Part shown: positions 11,241 to 21,977 of the stretch, piece after piece
Position numbering within the stretch: the first letter of the stretch is position 1
How the letters are laid out: every line of letters begins with the position of its first letter
Program-made: the position numbers and the translations under genes
DNA from: Oopsacas minuta
Taxonomy: Eukaryota; Animalia; Porifera
Direction: 5' to 3'
NCBI GenBank assembly: GCA_024704765.1
Contig: JAKMXF010000085.1
Span: 1 to 22,635 of the forward strand
DNA: 22,635 bases
Notes under the pieces: generated by a model
Databases searched by the model: none
The model's input: the letters and a program-made list of their open reading frames with translations, nothing else
Told to the model about the DNA's origin: nothing

Positions 11241-12039
11241 ACTAAATACATATCCAATTGAGTAACTAATAGTGCTACGATCTATGTCAGAGCGGATATC
11301 GACGGAGAATCTAGCAATATTATCAAGATTTTAGAGTAGATAATTAGACATTTTCCCTGCATCTCTACTGTTTCTGATTCTTGGCTATATAACAAAAATA
11401 TGGAAAATTGTGAATATACAAAAAATATCACATATTGGATTTATGAAAACGCGCATGTACAGACAACCTATAATAGTATGAACAATGTACAGCATACTAA
11501 AATATAGTAATCTAAAACAATTTGAAAAACAAGGGTGAGAACTATTAATAAGCCTACTTCAAAAGTCATCCCATCATTACTATACACTTCGATAATGAGA
11601 AATATTACTTCACAACCTGCCGAATCATAGAAAACTAAATATATTAGAACTGTGCTATCACCTTTTTCGAGAAAAAAGACTTTCAACAAATTATTACAAT
11701 CTAAAACAGATTTTCAATCAAATATTTTAGGACTTTCTTTTGTAGTATACGTTTACTACTATATCGAAATCAAGCATTCAAACTACAGAAGCTATTACGG
11801 ATATATTCGGAAAATAACATAATATACTAGTATATAATGTAATAGAGGTATAGTTGAAATATAACATAAATCTGAAGGATATTCAAGAATGATTGCACAT
11901 ATTCAAGGTCTTTTTGATGAATGCTATTCATCAAGGAAAATGAACATGAGCTTGACCAGTAGAGAAGAAAATGGTGAGTTGTAAAAATAACGAACTAACA
12001 GCAAATGCTTTGGATCACATGTTGGCAAAGTGTGGGCGC

Positions 12040-12383
12040 AGGCCGCATGAGTCTCGCTCGCTAAATTTATGCGGCCCTCGGGGTTCGTTTGAAAAGGGCA
12101 AGAATGTGGCCCCCAAAGAATTTTTCTGACACTTTTAACGTTCATTGACTTGAGATGAGTATATTTTATTGTTCCGTATATAACCCTACCTTTCTATAAC
12201 GGTTTTGGCATTCAAAGAGATATTTAATTGCAATTACACTTGAATTATTATTCAACACTTAAATTCTAAGTCATGTGGGCTTGTATATAATCATGGTTGT
12301 AGAAAGATCCTCAAGTTTTGTGGCCCCCAAGTCGGCTACCAACTTCATTGCAGCCCGATAGCTAACATTTGTGCTCACCCCTG
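12040..12383 (+). mobile_element. hAT (Charlie/Buster-like) terminal fragment
   Basis: Repeated tgcggccc/tgtggccc subterminal motifs, the terminus tgctcacccctg, then ctttagat, which resembles the NTNTAGAN target preference of this group. The other end was not found. Confidence 0.55.
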
Positions 12384-12748
12384 CTTTAGATACATCGTAT
12401 AAGTGTCAATTTGTTTTTCCCAGTAAAAGTTGATTCCCTTGTAATTGGTTTATTGTGAGACCGTGTTTGGTTTCATCTTTTTTTTATCGTCAGATCAGTG
12501 TGTTAATTGGCTATCCAAAATTGACAAATATAATCTCAGACATTTTGTCTTTTGTCTTGGGTTAATCTGTTATAGTGTATTGTGTCCTATAGTATATATT
12601 GGTGAATTTTAAAAGTTCTTGATTAGTCAATGCCATATTTCATCTGCAGTTTTAATTTTATATTGTTAATTGGTGTATATGTGCTATAAAAATAATATTG
12701 GACATAGGTATTTAGCAAAATAACTCGATTTCAACTGTATTACAAATA

Positions 12749-12944
12749 CAGGGTGGCCCCAAAGTTCTGTCTCATCTTTTATAATACAAGGAAATGAAGA
12801 TACTAGATTCACTATACATGATTTAATGTTGTAATCGAACCAATTGAGTCAGTAATATAAATATTACTAAGCATATTCCTGGTTCACTTCCTCTAGCACT
12901 TAGTTAAGCTAATGGAAGTCGAGAGACCAGGAATTATTCGGTTA
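12749..12944 (+). mobile_element. maT left end: TIR, leader and first 11 codons (MEVERPGIIRL), interrupted by pogo
   Basis: TA followed by cagggtggccccaaagttctgtctcat, a 23/27 inverted match to 7561-7587. ATG at 12912; the pogo terminus starts directly after the TA at 12943-12944. Confidence 0.78.
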
Positions 12945-15100
12945 CCGTACAATGGGGGTACTTTGACCCATTATTCCAAGTTAATCAATGTATCTAGTTA
13001 GACAATACCTTTGAATATTGTATTTTTAGACTATTGCTTTCTTGTTCGCATGTAACATGTTTCAGTAATACATAAGCTAAGCTTTTGTGTACTACTAACT
13101 AGTTATCTAAAATTTATGTCGGGCCAAAGCTAAATTTATCTTGGGGTGAAATTGTCCTGCTATGTTCAACTCGTTGGAATATGAATATTTTATATAAAGA
13201 CGATAAAAATACTAAATTATATAAAGGTACAAGGAATGAAAATAACATGGGTATACTTCATACTTTATGTTCTAACACATATTCCATTCTAATCATGTCA
13301 ATCGGTGATCCAATTCCGGGGCCTTATACATCGCTCTGCTATTGACTAAGTCTGGGTCTTGAATCGTCATTTTTATTTCGCTCTACGGACAAAATATTTC
13401 TTTTTTTTTTCCGGCTACTTCCAGTACTTTCCATATTTTATCATTACGTAAACCACTGCCCCTTTTACGTCCAACACCTCTACTATACCTGGAAATAGTT
13501 CGCCTTCATATTGAACAACTACATAAGAGCCCACTTTGGGTTTCAAATGTTTTGTGGTTGCCACTGTTATTTCTTCTAGTCCCATATCTGAATCCAAAAC
13601 CTCCTTGTTCTTTACAGTAGTCTCTTCTTGATCCTTTATCATATCAGACATATCAGTGAGGATATTATCTCCACAAACACAATCTCTCTCTACTCCGAGT
13701 TCGATATTTTCCTCTGTTACACTCATCCGAGGTGTAGCATTTAATCTCCTTTTCTTCTTCTAGGTTCTTTAGAAGTATCTGTACGGAGCTCACTTAATTT
13801 TTCTAAAAACTAGAACTAATAAACTCAAGATCATCCCTTTTATGAGGGAGTCTAGATAGAACCTGACCTCTATCTAATGGGCATATTCCTGCCTTCCTGA
13901 AACCTGAAATTATATTGTCAGCTGCCTTTCCCTCTATAGATTCGTGAAGTCGTTTTAATTGCCTGGGAAATTGATCCTTTTACATTACTGAAGATTGTGT
14001 AGATGCACTCAATTTCCAGGCTGTTAGAACTTTCCGCCAATTTAGCTTTAGAGGTTTGTAGAAAGCAATATCCAATGGCTATGTAAGATGTGTTGAGTTG
14101 GGTGGAAGACAAACAAAAGCTATTTGGTTTTCTTTACAGGAATTTATTACTTCCAAGCTCATATGTGATGATAAATTTCTCCTAATAAGACCTTCTTCCC
14201 TTCCTGGCGTTTGAGCGTTGGTAAAGCTAGTTGGAAAAACCAATCGTCAAATATAACACTATCAAACCATCCAGACTTGCTTCTATTGTATCTAGTGCCA
14301 GAAGGCCCTCCCTCCGTCCAGGTGCTCCATAAGTGTTCTGCCTTGTAAACCACATAAGGGGGAAGTAATTCTCCCAGAGCATTTCCACAGTACATTAAAC
14401 TCGTAGATACTTTAGATATATTTAATATCCGATGTGGATATATACAACCACTTTTGCACAGTACTTTCTTTGTACCTGGGTCGTCAGTTAAATTCGTCTC
14501 ATCGTAGTTCCATATATTCGATGGTGGGATAGAATCTAGTTCCTTTGAGATGTGATTAAAGAATTCATTTATTGTTTCAGAAGAAAGAGAAACTTTTGTT
14601 TTGCTGATATTTGAAGAAAATCTGAGAGAGATATTTTTATTGCGTTTTAGAAAACTACGGGTCCATTCAATTCCTGGCATGTTTTGTTTGAATCTAAGTT
14701 CTGTGCATCCAGATTTATCCAAATAGGATTTAACAATACACCTCAGATCATACGTGTCAAGAGGAAACACATAATCACTCATTGCTATGCAACACTGTAC
14801 AATTGCATTTTCGGCTTCGTCTATCAAAGCTTTGTTTCCACCAAATGGTAACCTATGTTCCCCCTTCAGCTTGTATTTTAGGGTGATTCTTGGGATCTTA
14901 AAATGCTTAGCTGCATTTCGCTGAGTTTTCTTTTTCGCACGAATTAATTTCAAAGCAGAGTCTAATTTTTCTGTAGAGTAGTCTCTGTATGTCCTACTGC
15001 TTGAAGCCCGTTTATATTCACGTGGCATTGCTAATTGTGGTCTATTAAATATAAACATTTTATACTGATAACATATTCCAATGTGGGGCCACCCCACCCC
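12945..15100 (-). mobile_element. pogo-family (DD35D) transposon; 3' TIR at 12945, 5' TIR not identified
   Basis: TA followed by ccgtacaatgggggtactttgaccca, a pogo-like terminus, with a GGGG-type subterminal motif at about 13143 and its complement (cccc) at about 15092. Contains the transposase pseudogene listed next. Confidence 0.8.
13293..15028 (-). pseudogene. pogo transposase pseudogene (psq HTH, CENP-B-type HTH, DDE_1, C-terminal extension)
   Basis: MPREYKR..YSTEKLDSALKLI..AAKHFKIPRITL, GIEWTRSFLKR, IWNYDETN, PPYVVYKA..SKSGWFD, G(D)NLSSH (1-nt deletion)..LPPNSTHLT*PLD (D35D), GFRKAGICP, and C-terminal VGSYVVVQYEGELFPG..YWK*P. ORFs 14159..15097 and 13415..13726. Confidence 0.92.
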
Positions 15101-15382
15101 AAATTTTCGACAAAATGATGATTCTCAATATTACACATAAAATACAAATCCAACAGTATGCACTTCTTTGTTGTTTGAATAAATATTGCTTTATTATGGT
15201 ATACGATGGAAAAACTTGACTGAACAATGTGCATGATGATGCCCTTCCTCGAAAATTCCAAAGAAGTTCTAAATATAATTACTTAGTTGACATATGACTC
15301 TAAATACTTAAATGAATGAAACAATGATTCATAAGATGTCAACACCTTCTGAANCCAAAATTGTGGAAAAATTATTGTTAGT

Positions 15383-17526
15383 CATAGCCTACTAAATATA
15401 AGGCCTAACAGTAAAAGTACCAGGGATGCGTTATTAGCTGATATTGGAGAATTCTGTTATTGTCTTAAAAATCTAATCAAAATGTTTTCTCAAGTGTTAT
15501 TAATAATCCCTCCCTGGTATTAAACTAAGATATTGAAATTCTATTTGAAGTTCATTGAAACTAATGTTATTGGAATAAAACCCAATCAACATAAATAATA
15601 AATGCAAATACATACAATTACAATAATAATACATACACTTCACAAAATTATGAGAACTTTTTCAGTTTACGTTGTTTTATACCCCTAGAAGTTACAAGTG
15701 AATAATAGTTCTTAATCTTGTTGGCCAGAAAGCAATTAGTAGTAGTAAAATAAGTTTACGTAAGATATCCCATCTAGTAACATTACAAATAGGACAGTTT
15801 GATTTCCAGATATCAATACTTGCATCATCTTCCATGTATATTAATGTGAGCTTAACTAATATTTTTCTAGCTGGACCGTGTGTACAAGTAGATTCGCCAA
15901 ATGATCATTGTCCTCAATAGCAAATAGAATCCTCCAGAGAGTAATGACAGAGCTAAGAACATGCTTAGATGGATATTTGAGCCCCCCTCGATCTGTTAAT
16001 TGCAAGAGCTTGAATTGAGAAATGGAATCACTATCAGGAATAAATTCTTTATCGTAAGTTACCGTATCAGTGCACAATCTACACTCTTGAAACCCTTTCA
16101 AGAATTAATAGACCGAATATCCTCCGATAAAAGCTAACGACTGGAGTATCTGCTGAGTGTATTCAATTGATAATACATCACCAATTTCATCAAGATATGG
16201 CTCAAGATCTATTTGGTCATTACTAGAAGTACTAAAGGGTGAAGTCAAAGATTTGACAAAAGTATGTATGGATTGACAAGAGTCTTGTTGGTCAGAAAAT
16301 ATTTTTAAGATGTTAGAGAGCTCAAGACGACGCTCAGATTCAAGAATTTGAATGTAGGAAATATGATAATTCGAACTAGCCAGCATACGATAGAGTCCAA
16401 AATGATGTTCCAATGGGTCTGTCTGCATGAAATGCAGACAAAACATAAGAAAATCCACAAGACTCAGTTAGATAGTTTGTTATCTGTTCTAAAGCAATAC
16501 AAGCATGTTTCAAACTAGTATACGTTTGCTTACTCAATTTACCCGATTTTCCAGGTAAGGACTGCCAAGCATCTAGCCAATATACTATACGAGCTAAATA
16601 TATAAAACGCTCATCGTGTAAGATCAAAGATGTTGGGAGATTGTCATTTAAACGGATGCCTTTGAAGGGTATACTAACATTGAATATTTTCCACAGAGTA
16701 AGAAGGATTCTAACAAACGTAGAGGTATTACTACGATATTCTTCACAACGTTTTTCATTTTGAATCTCAAGAGCAGATAGTATTAGATCATTAAAAACCT
16801 TCAGAACCAATCTGACATTCTGTCTTTCTATACTTGAAGGAAAACAAGCCTTCGCTGTTAACTGAGGAACCAGTTTCGTTAAACTGCCTCTTTCAGAGCT
16901 GTATAGAAGACGTACATCTTGAAAAGATGCTGAATGGAGACAAAGGGGGTATTGGCATTTATCAATCTCAAAATCTTCCAACTTGGGGAAATACATTGTC
17001 TTATCAAAATTCTTCTGATTCAACCAATTATTACGTATACTTTTAAAATATGAACAAAATCGAATGTGAGGAAGAGAAATCTAGTAGGATCAAATGGGTG
17101 AGGCACCCTAGTTTCAAATTTGCCACTCAGAAGAAATAGCTTGAAAAGATTTACATTCAAAGGATAATTGTCAGTTGAAATTACCTGTACACGTAAACCA
17201 CAATTCTCAATATCAATGATACACTCTTTGATGATGGGAAATATCTTTTCAGCTGAAATAGAACCACATGGTAATAAACGTGAAATACAAGACCATTTCT
17301 TATATAAGCTAGATACCATTACCGCAAACACAGTTCTGGTTGGGTCCTCTGGGTCTAAATTAGGAGCAAAGATTTCCCTCCTTTATACGTAATATCAGAT
17401 TTAACGTGTATTTCTTCCATTTAAACTATAACATTTCTCTCCAATGAACTGAAGGAAGAAGTAGCTTGGGAGAGATAGGTAGCGAAATAGTTTCCAATGC
17501 CAAACGAAGGATACAATTTATTTAAG
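15383..17526 (-). mobile_element. P-superfamily (THAP9-like) transposon: 3' TIR plus transposase body; THAP/N-terminal part missing at the gap
   Basis: TIR catagcctactaaatataaggcctaacagtaa at 15383-15414, preceded by the TSD tgttagt. Transposase pieces lie on the minus strand. Confidence 0.88.
15648..17526 (-). pseudogene. P-element/THAP9-type transposase pseudogene
   Basis: LERNVIV*MEEIHVKSDITYKGG, TVFAVMVSSLYKKW, GLRVQVISTDNYPLN, FDFVHILK(SIRNNW), CFPSSIERQNVRLVLKVF, GKLSKQT, QTDPLEHHFGLYR..SNYHIS, CRLC..DRGGLKYPS, RKLKKFS*. Spread over ORFs 17020..17331, 16376..17023, 16105..16458 and 15856..16101 with frameshifts. Confidence 0.9.
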
Positions 17527-18330
17527 NNNNNNNNNNNNNNNNNNNNNNNNNNNNNNNNNNNNNNNNNNNNNNNNNNNNNNNNNNNNNNNNNNNNNNNNNN
17601 NNNNNNNNNNNNNNNNNNNNNNNNNNNNNNNNNNNNNNNNNNNNNNNNNNNNNNNNNNNNNNNNNNNNNNNNNNNNNNNNNNNNNNNNNNNNNNNNNNNN
17701 NNNNNNNNNNNNNNNNNNNNNNNNNNNNNNNNNNNNNNNNNNNNNNNNNNNNNNNNNNNNNNNNNNNNNNNNNNNNNNNNNNNNNNNNNNNNNNNNNNNN
17801 NNNNNNNNNNNNNNNNNNNNNNNNNNNNNNNNNNNNNNNNNNNNNNNNNNNNNNNNNNNNNNNNNNNNNNNNNNNNNNNNNNNNNNNNNNNNNNNNNNNN
17901 NNNNNNNNNNNNNNNNNNNNNNNNNNNNNNNNNNNNNNNNNNNNNNNNNNNNNNNNNNNNNNNNNNNNNNNNNNNNNNNNNNNNNNNNNNNNNNNNNNNN
18001 NNNNNNNNNNNNNNNNNNNNNNNNNNNNNNNNNNNNNNNNNNNNNNNNNNNNNNNNNNNNNNNNNNNNNNNNNNNNNNNNNNNNNNNNNNNNNNNNNNNN
18101 NNNNNNNNNNNNNNNNNNNNNNNNNNNNNNNNNNNNNNNNNNNNNNNNNNNNNNNNNNNNNNNNNNNNNNNNNNNNNNNNNNNNNNNNNNNNNNNNNNNN
18201 NNNNNNNNNNNNNNNNNNNNNNNNNNNNNNNNNNNNNNNNNNNNNNNNNNNNNNNNNNNNNNNNNNNNNNNNNNNNNNNNNNNNNNNNNNNNNNNNNNNN
18301 NNNNNNNNNNNNNNNNNNNNNNNNNNNNNC
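17527..18330. other. Assembly gap (804 N); single-N joins also at 6718, 9858 and 15354
   Basis: Run of N. The ORFs 17497..18372 and 17518..18957 are artificially extended through it. Confidence 0.99.
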
Positions 18331-18897
18331 TACTACCCGATGGTATGCCGGGAAACGAATATCGTTAGATAGCAAGTGATGTCGGAGTTGTGTGTATTTC
18401 CTCCTGCCAATTTCTAGGAGAGCTACAAGGAACACTGTCTTGGTAACATCGAGCTCCTTCAACAATGTACCGAATTGACCCGAAAACTTGTCATAGACTA
18501 CAGATTTTGAAACTTTAGCTATTTCTTGCTGTTTTGTTTGGTTCGATAGTAGTTGCAAGGCAAGTGCAGCTATCTTGATTTCTGAAGTATTCTCAACGAT
18601 TGAGAGTGCTTTGACAGATTCCAAGATATTTGTGAGTCGTAAGCGTTGTCGTTGTTGCATCGTGAGATAGTCAATACTCTTCCTATGGTTTGCAGAGAGT
18701 GTGGATATGACTTCTCCATCATATGAGGACAGTTCAACCGTATCATAAAAACGGTTCCTCTTCAACTCTGGTTCCATGGATATACCACAATGCCACCAGT
18801 CTCCCTCTAAGCAATCTAGCGATTTCTTTGTTTTCCTGATATTGCTTCTTACTCGGAGGAGCGTTGCTTCTAATTGTTTCCTTTCTTCGAAGTCCAT
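18331..18897 (-). CDS. RAG1-like/Transib-type transposase, N-terminal 189 aa (NBD-like and DDBD-like), open into the gap
   Basis: First ATG at 18897 (the track's 18957 start is TTG). RKSIDYLTMQQRQRLRLTNILESVKALSIVEN resembles the RAG1 NBD [30 protein letters not shown]. VFLVALLEIGRRKYTQLRHHLLSNDIRFPAYHRV resembles the Transib/RAG1 DDBD pattern ALxLxxxxxLSKxQYxxIR...xYPSY. No stops in the visible part. Confidence 0.68.
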
Positions 18898-19813
18898 TCG
18901 AAAGTTCTGCCCAAAGAAACTGAGTGTCGTCGAGATACAGTTGTTGTTGTCTTTCAAAATCTTCGAAGAATCAGATGAGAGTTAGTGAAAGTTAGCTCTT
19001 AAGCCATTGAAAAAAGCGTAGAAAATGATTGATCATCAGCAATTTCGATTTGTTAATGCATATTAATCATGCATTTATATATTATATTTATTGGTAATTG
19101 GAATGCAGCAATCGAGTAGAAAAATTTAGCATATTGAAATACTTTGTTATAATTAATCATTAAGTAAATTATATAGCAATAAAAAGCTGACAATGGAATC
19201 GCTGAAATATTTTATGTTGCGCACTGTTTCGAGGCGTACCAATAAAATATGTCTTTCTAAACATTATAATGCCATTTTGCAATTATTTTCTAAGTGGTGT
19301 TTTTTGCGGCCATTTGGAAGTGCCCTTTAAAAATATTGTACCTCTAAAGTACCATTAATCAAATCAACTTTGAATCAAAATGTAGTGAAGATACACTGAT
19401 GAAAATGAGAAATCATATTTAGCATAACTGAATTGTGTTGAGGAAACAAAATAAATTTGATTGGGAGAATTCTGTGATACTCTCAAGTAAACTTAAAATG
19501 GTGCCAATATTAGCATCACTGAAACCGGAAATAGAACTATTTTTGATTGATTCTTTAAATTCATATTGTGAGACCTATATGTATTCGACCGAATTGAAAT
19601 TTGAAATTAACATTATCCAAACAACCCAGAACGAGTTTAAAGCATTAAAAATGAAATCTATTTTTTGTCTATTCTTTGCGTTCAAACCACTGCGCTCCAG
19701 CAGCAACCTCTTGATTACCTGGGATACCAGCAATTAATAGTTCGGGGGCAATCCTAAAGAAGAAATGCTAGTGAAGCGTATGATCATTGTAACTACACCA
19801 AATATTGAATATA

Positions 19814-20422
19814 CAGTGGTGTGGATAGAGGTACGCACAGGGGCACATTTCTCAACCCACCCGTCATAATAAAGTATTCAAAAATTATGATTAGTACATT
19901 GATGTAATGATTTCTCGCATATTCCTGGTGATCAAGTTATTGGACTTTGGCCCAAATTTTTGAGGACTTAAGTCCGTACTTGATATTTAGCATTTCATTC
20001 AGTGGCTTCAAAGGCATCCCAAAAATTTCACGATCAAGAATTATAACGAATTGGCTTGAATACTAGGTTAAAATATATGTACGTAACTCACTAATGCACT
20101 AGCTGGACAATTGCATTCGTGCATAAATTACATATTTGTAGGTAGCTTCTCTCTGATACGGACTTCAGTCTGACAATTTGGGTAAATGGAATTATTTAAT
20201 AGAATCACTATTGCATGCGAATGAATTTCTGGCACATTATACACTTGTCGAAGGTATATAATGTGCCAGAAATTCATTTGTCAATCTTATGTACATTTAA
20301 CAACATAAATTGGTACTACCGCACTTCGCTTGCTATCGCTAAGTGAATCAAGGTAGCTTGAGTGTTAAACAGCGACATTTCTTAGCGCTTTTGGCCGCTA
20401 CGCGACCGGATATACACCACTG
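19814..20422. mobile_element. Possible non-autonomous hAT-like element
   Basis: The ends cagtggtgt (19814-19822) and acaccactg (20414-20422) are perfect 9-bp inverted repeats of hAT-like type. The flanks do not form a matching 8-bp TSD. Confidence 0.35.
20220..20278. repeat. Perfect 22-bp inverted repeat with 15-nt spacer
   Basis: aatgaatttctggcacattata (20220-20241) and tataatgtgccagaaattcatt (20257-20278). Confidence 0.95.
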
Positions 20423-21339
20423 CTCATGCAATATGCAAGATAGAAGTTTGTAATTATATCACAGCCATCAATGTGCTAAATGTCAAACGTCATGATTTTC
20501 GCTTATGCTCACAATTTGATTTCACTTCATCATAGCTCTACACAAAATATATATTATACATATTTCGATAATTTTAAACCTCACTATACTCGAGACACCC
20601 AGATTAGAAACTAGATTACCAAGCTATAGCTACTTTTGAGGTACTGTGTCATCAAAGAAGGCAATGAAATCGAATTTGGATGGTGATTGATTATATACAA
20701 CTAAAATTTCTGCAAAAGATTTTCTCGGAGCACTTAGTGCTATAAATAATGTATTTGTTGAAAAACTAAAAGGTGCCAATGAGGTCAGAATTTCGTCATA
20801 TGTGTGAACTTCCGTCCAAGACTCGAACTTGTCCGATTCAGGCCCAGATACCTCAGTATGCTAAAAATCAGCCTGGGAGCTTCCAATTTGCCAGACAGAC
20901 CATTTCAGGATTACAAAAATATTCGATACCAATCTTGTACAGTTTAGGAGAAATTAGAGAAATTTGTTGGTGTCGACGGAGATATGATACCTATCATTGA
21001 TTGAAGCGAATTCACTAATATCTTCTAGACTGTATAAGATTGGTTATCAAAGTGTGTGATCTACCAACATAAAACCACCCCCAACTACACAATTCCAATT
21101 TTTCAGATCTTTGGCAATGATTAAATTTCATTGCAGGCCAAATTGGGAAGATAATCAGAAAAAAGGCACAAAAGTCCAGCACTATTTTATAATACAATTG
21201 CAGTGCCACTAAATCATTTTTGATTCCATTCAGAATCGATGTCGTGAATCAATATCGCATAGGGAACATAAAAAGTTGCAAGCGAATCATGTTTTCAACT
21301 AAATGTGGTAACTGAGGCACCCAAATATACATACAAATA

Positions 21340-21425
21340 TACACATAGAAAAATTGAGTTTTAATGGATCGATTGATGCTGAAGTAAATAGGAATCTGGC
21401 AAATAGTAAGAGACAATTCGATTGG
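21340..21425 (+). pseudogene. Possible tiny non-LTR retrotransposon (RTE-like) RT C-terminal fragment
   Basis: KLSFNGSIDAEVNRNLANSKRQF resembles the LINE motif xLSxDGxIDxEVNxRIAKAxxAF. Very short match. Confidence 0.3.
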
Positions 21426-21539
21426 AGTAGTGAAGGGGGGGATAGGATTAGGGGTAGGTAGCCAAGAAATTTTTCTCTACCACCCACAATGGTCTCGTAT
21501 AATATTGATATATGGCGTATGAAAGGTTATACTGATATA

Positions 21540-21925
21540 CTTGCAAACGATGTTGGGGAAATATAATATATCGTTAAGCAAAACTAGCGAAGAAATTTAC
21601 GCGAGATCAGTAAAGAGTACAACAATGAAAATATTTGGAACATCTCTTCGGAGACAATAAGCAGAACGCTACAAAAGATGGGATTATAGGCTAGGATGGC
21701 TCGGAAATAGTCGTATTCCCAAAAAAAAGAATAAAAAGGTTGGAATTGAATAATTGACATAAGAACTTTGGTGTGGAAGTATGGAAGAACAGTGTGCTCA
21801 GATGAATGGAAACTAAATATCAATTATGCTGATGGTAGGAGAGGACTGGAGACAAAAGTCTGAGCAGTATTGGCCTGAATGCACTTTTAAAACAATTAAA
21901 CCTGGTGGAGGTAGTGAGATGTTTT
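21540..21925 (+). pseudogene. Tc1 transposase internal fragment, Tc1-b
   Basis: ISSETISRTLQKMGL*ARMARK, KRLE, VWKNSVCSDEWKLNI..ADG, YWPECTFKTIKPGGGSEMF. Heavily decayed. Confidence 0.72.
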
Positions 21926-21977
21926 ACAATTAGTAAAACAAATATTGCATAAACAATACTAACAAACTATTGTTTTA

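Noticed and set aside
11468-11689. Hydrophobic 73-aa ORF and similar short ORFs (21299..21487, 21584..21823, 6784..7041, 2177..2470)
   Set aside because: These are antisense to transposase relics or arise from T-rich strand bias; there is no independent coding evidence.
12451-12462. 12-bp match tattgtgagacc with 19564-19575, and a 17-bp local repeat tatgatttcactatatt at about 8736 and 8913
   Set aside because: Too short, with no extension or structural context.
9050-18897. One giant RAG1-like element split by nested insertions (N-terminus at 18.3-18.9 kb, C-terminus at 9.0-9.7 kb, same strand)
   Set aside because: The N-terminal part is intact while the C-terminal part is heavily decayed, and the inferred contig order puts them in non-collinear positions. 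Two copies are more likely.
17497-18957. The 291-aa and 479-aa ORFs spanning the gap, suggesting a fusion of the RAG1-like N-terminus with the P transposase
   Set aside because: Their length comes from 804 Ns. The two sides belong to different superfamilies and the contigs are probably not adjacent in this order.
19222-19322. RSS-like heptamer/nonamer candidates upstream of the RAG1-like ORF (cactgtt at 19222; ggtgttttttgc...gaagtg at 19296-19322)
   Set aside because: Imperfect heptamers, spacing that fits neither 12 nor 23, no partner TIR or 5-bp TSD; expected by chance in AT-rich DNA.
19435-19737. 100-aa ORF divergent from the RAG1-like gene as a possible accessory protein
   Set aside because: No ATG at its start, no recognisable motif and AT-rich composition; likely spurious.
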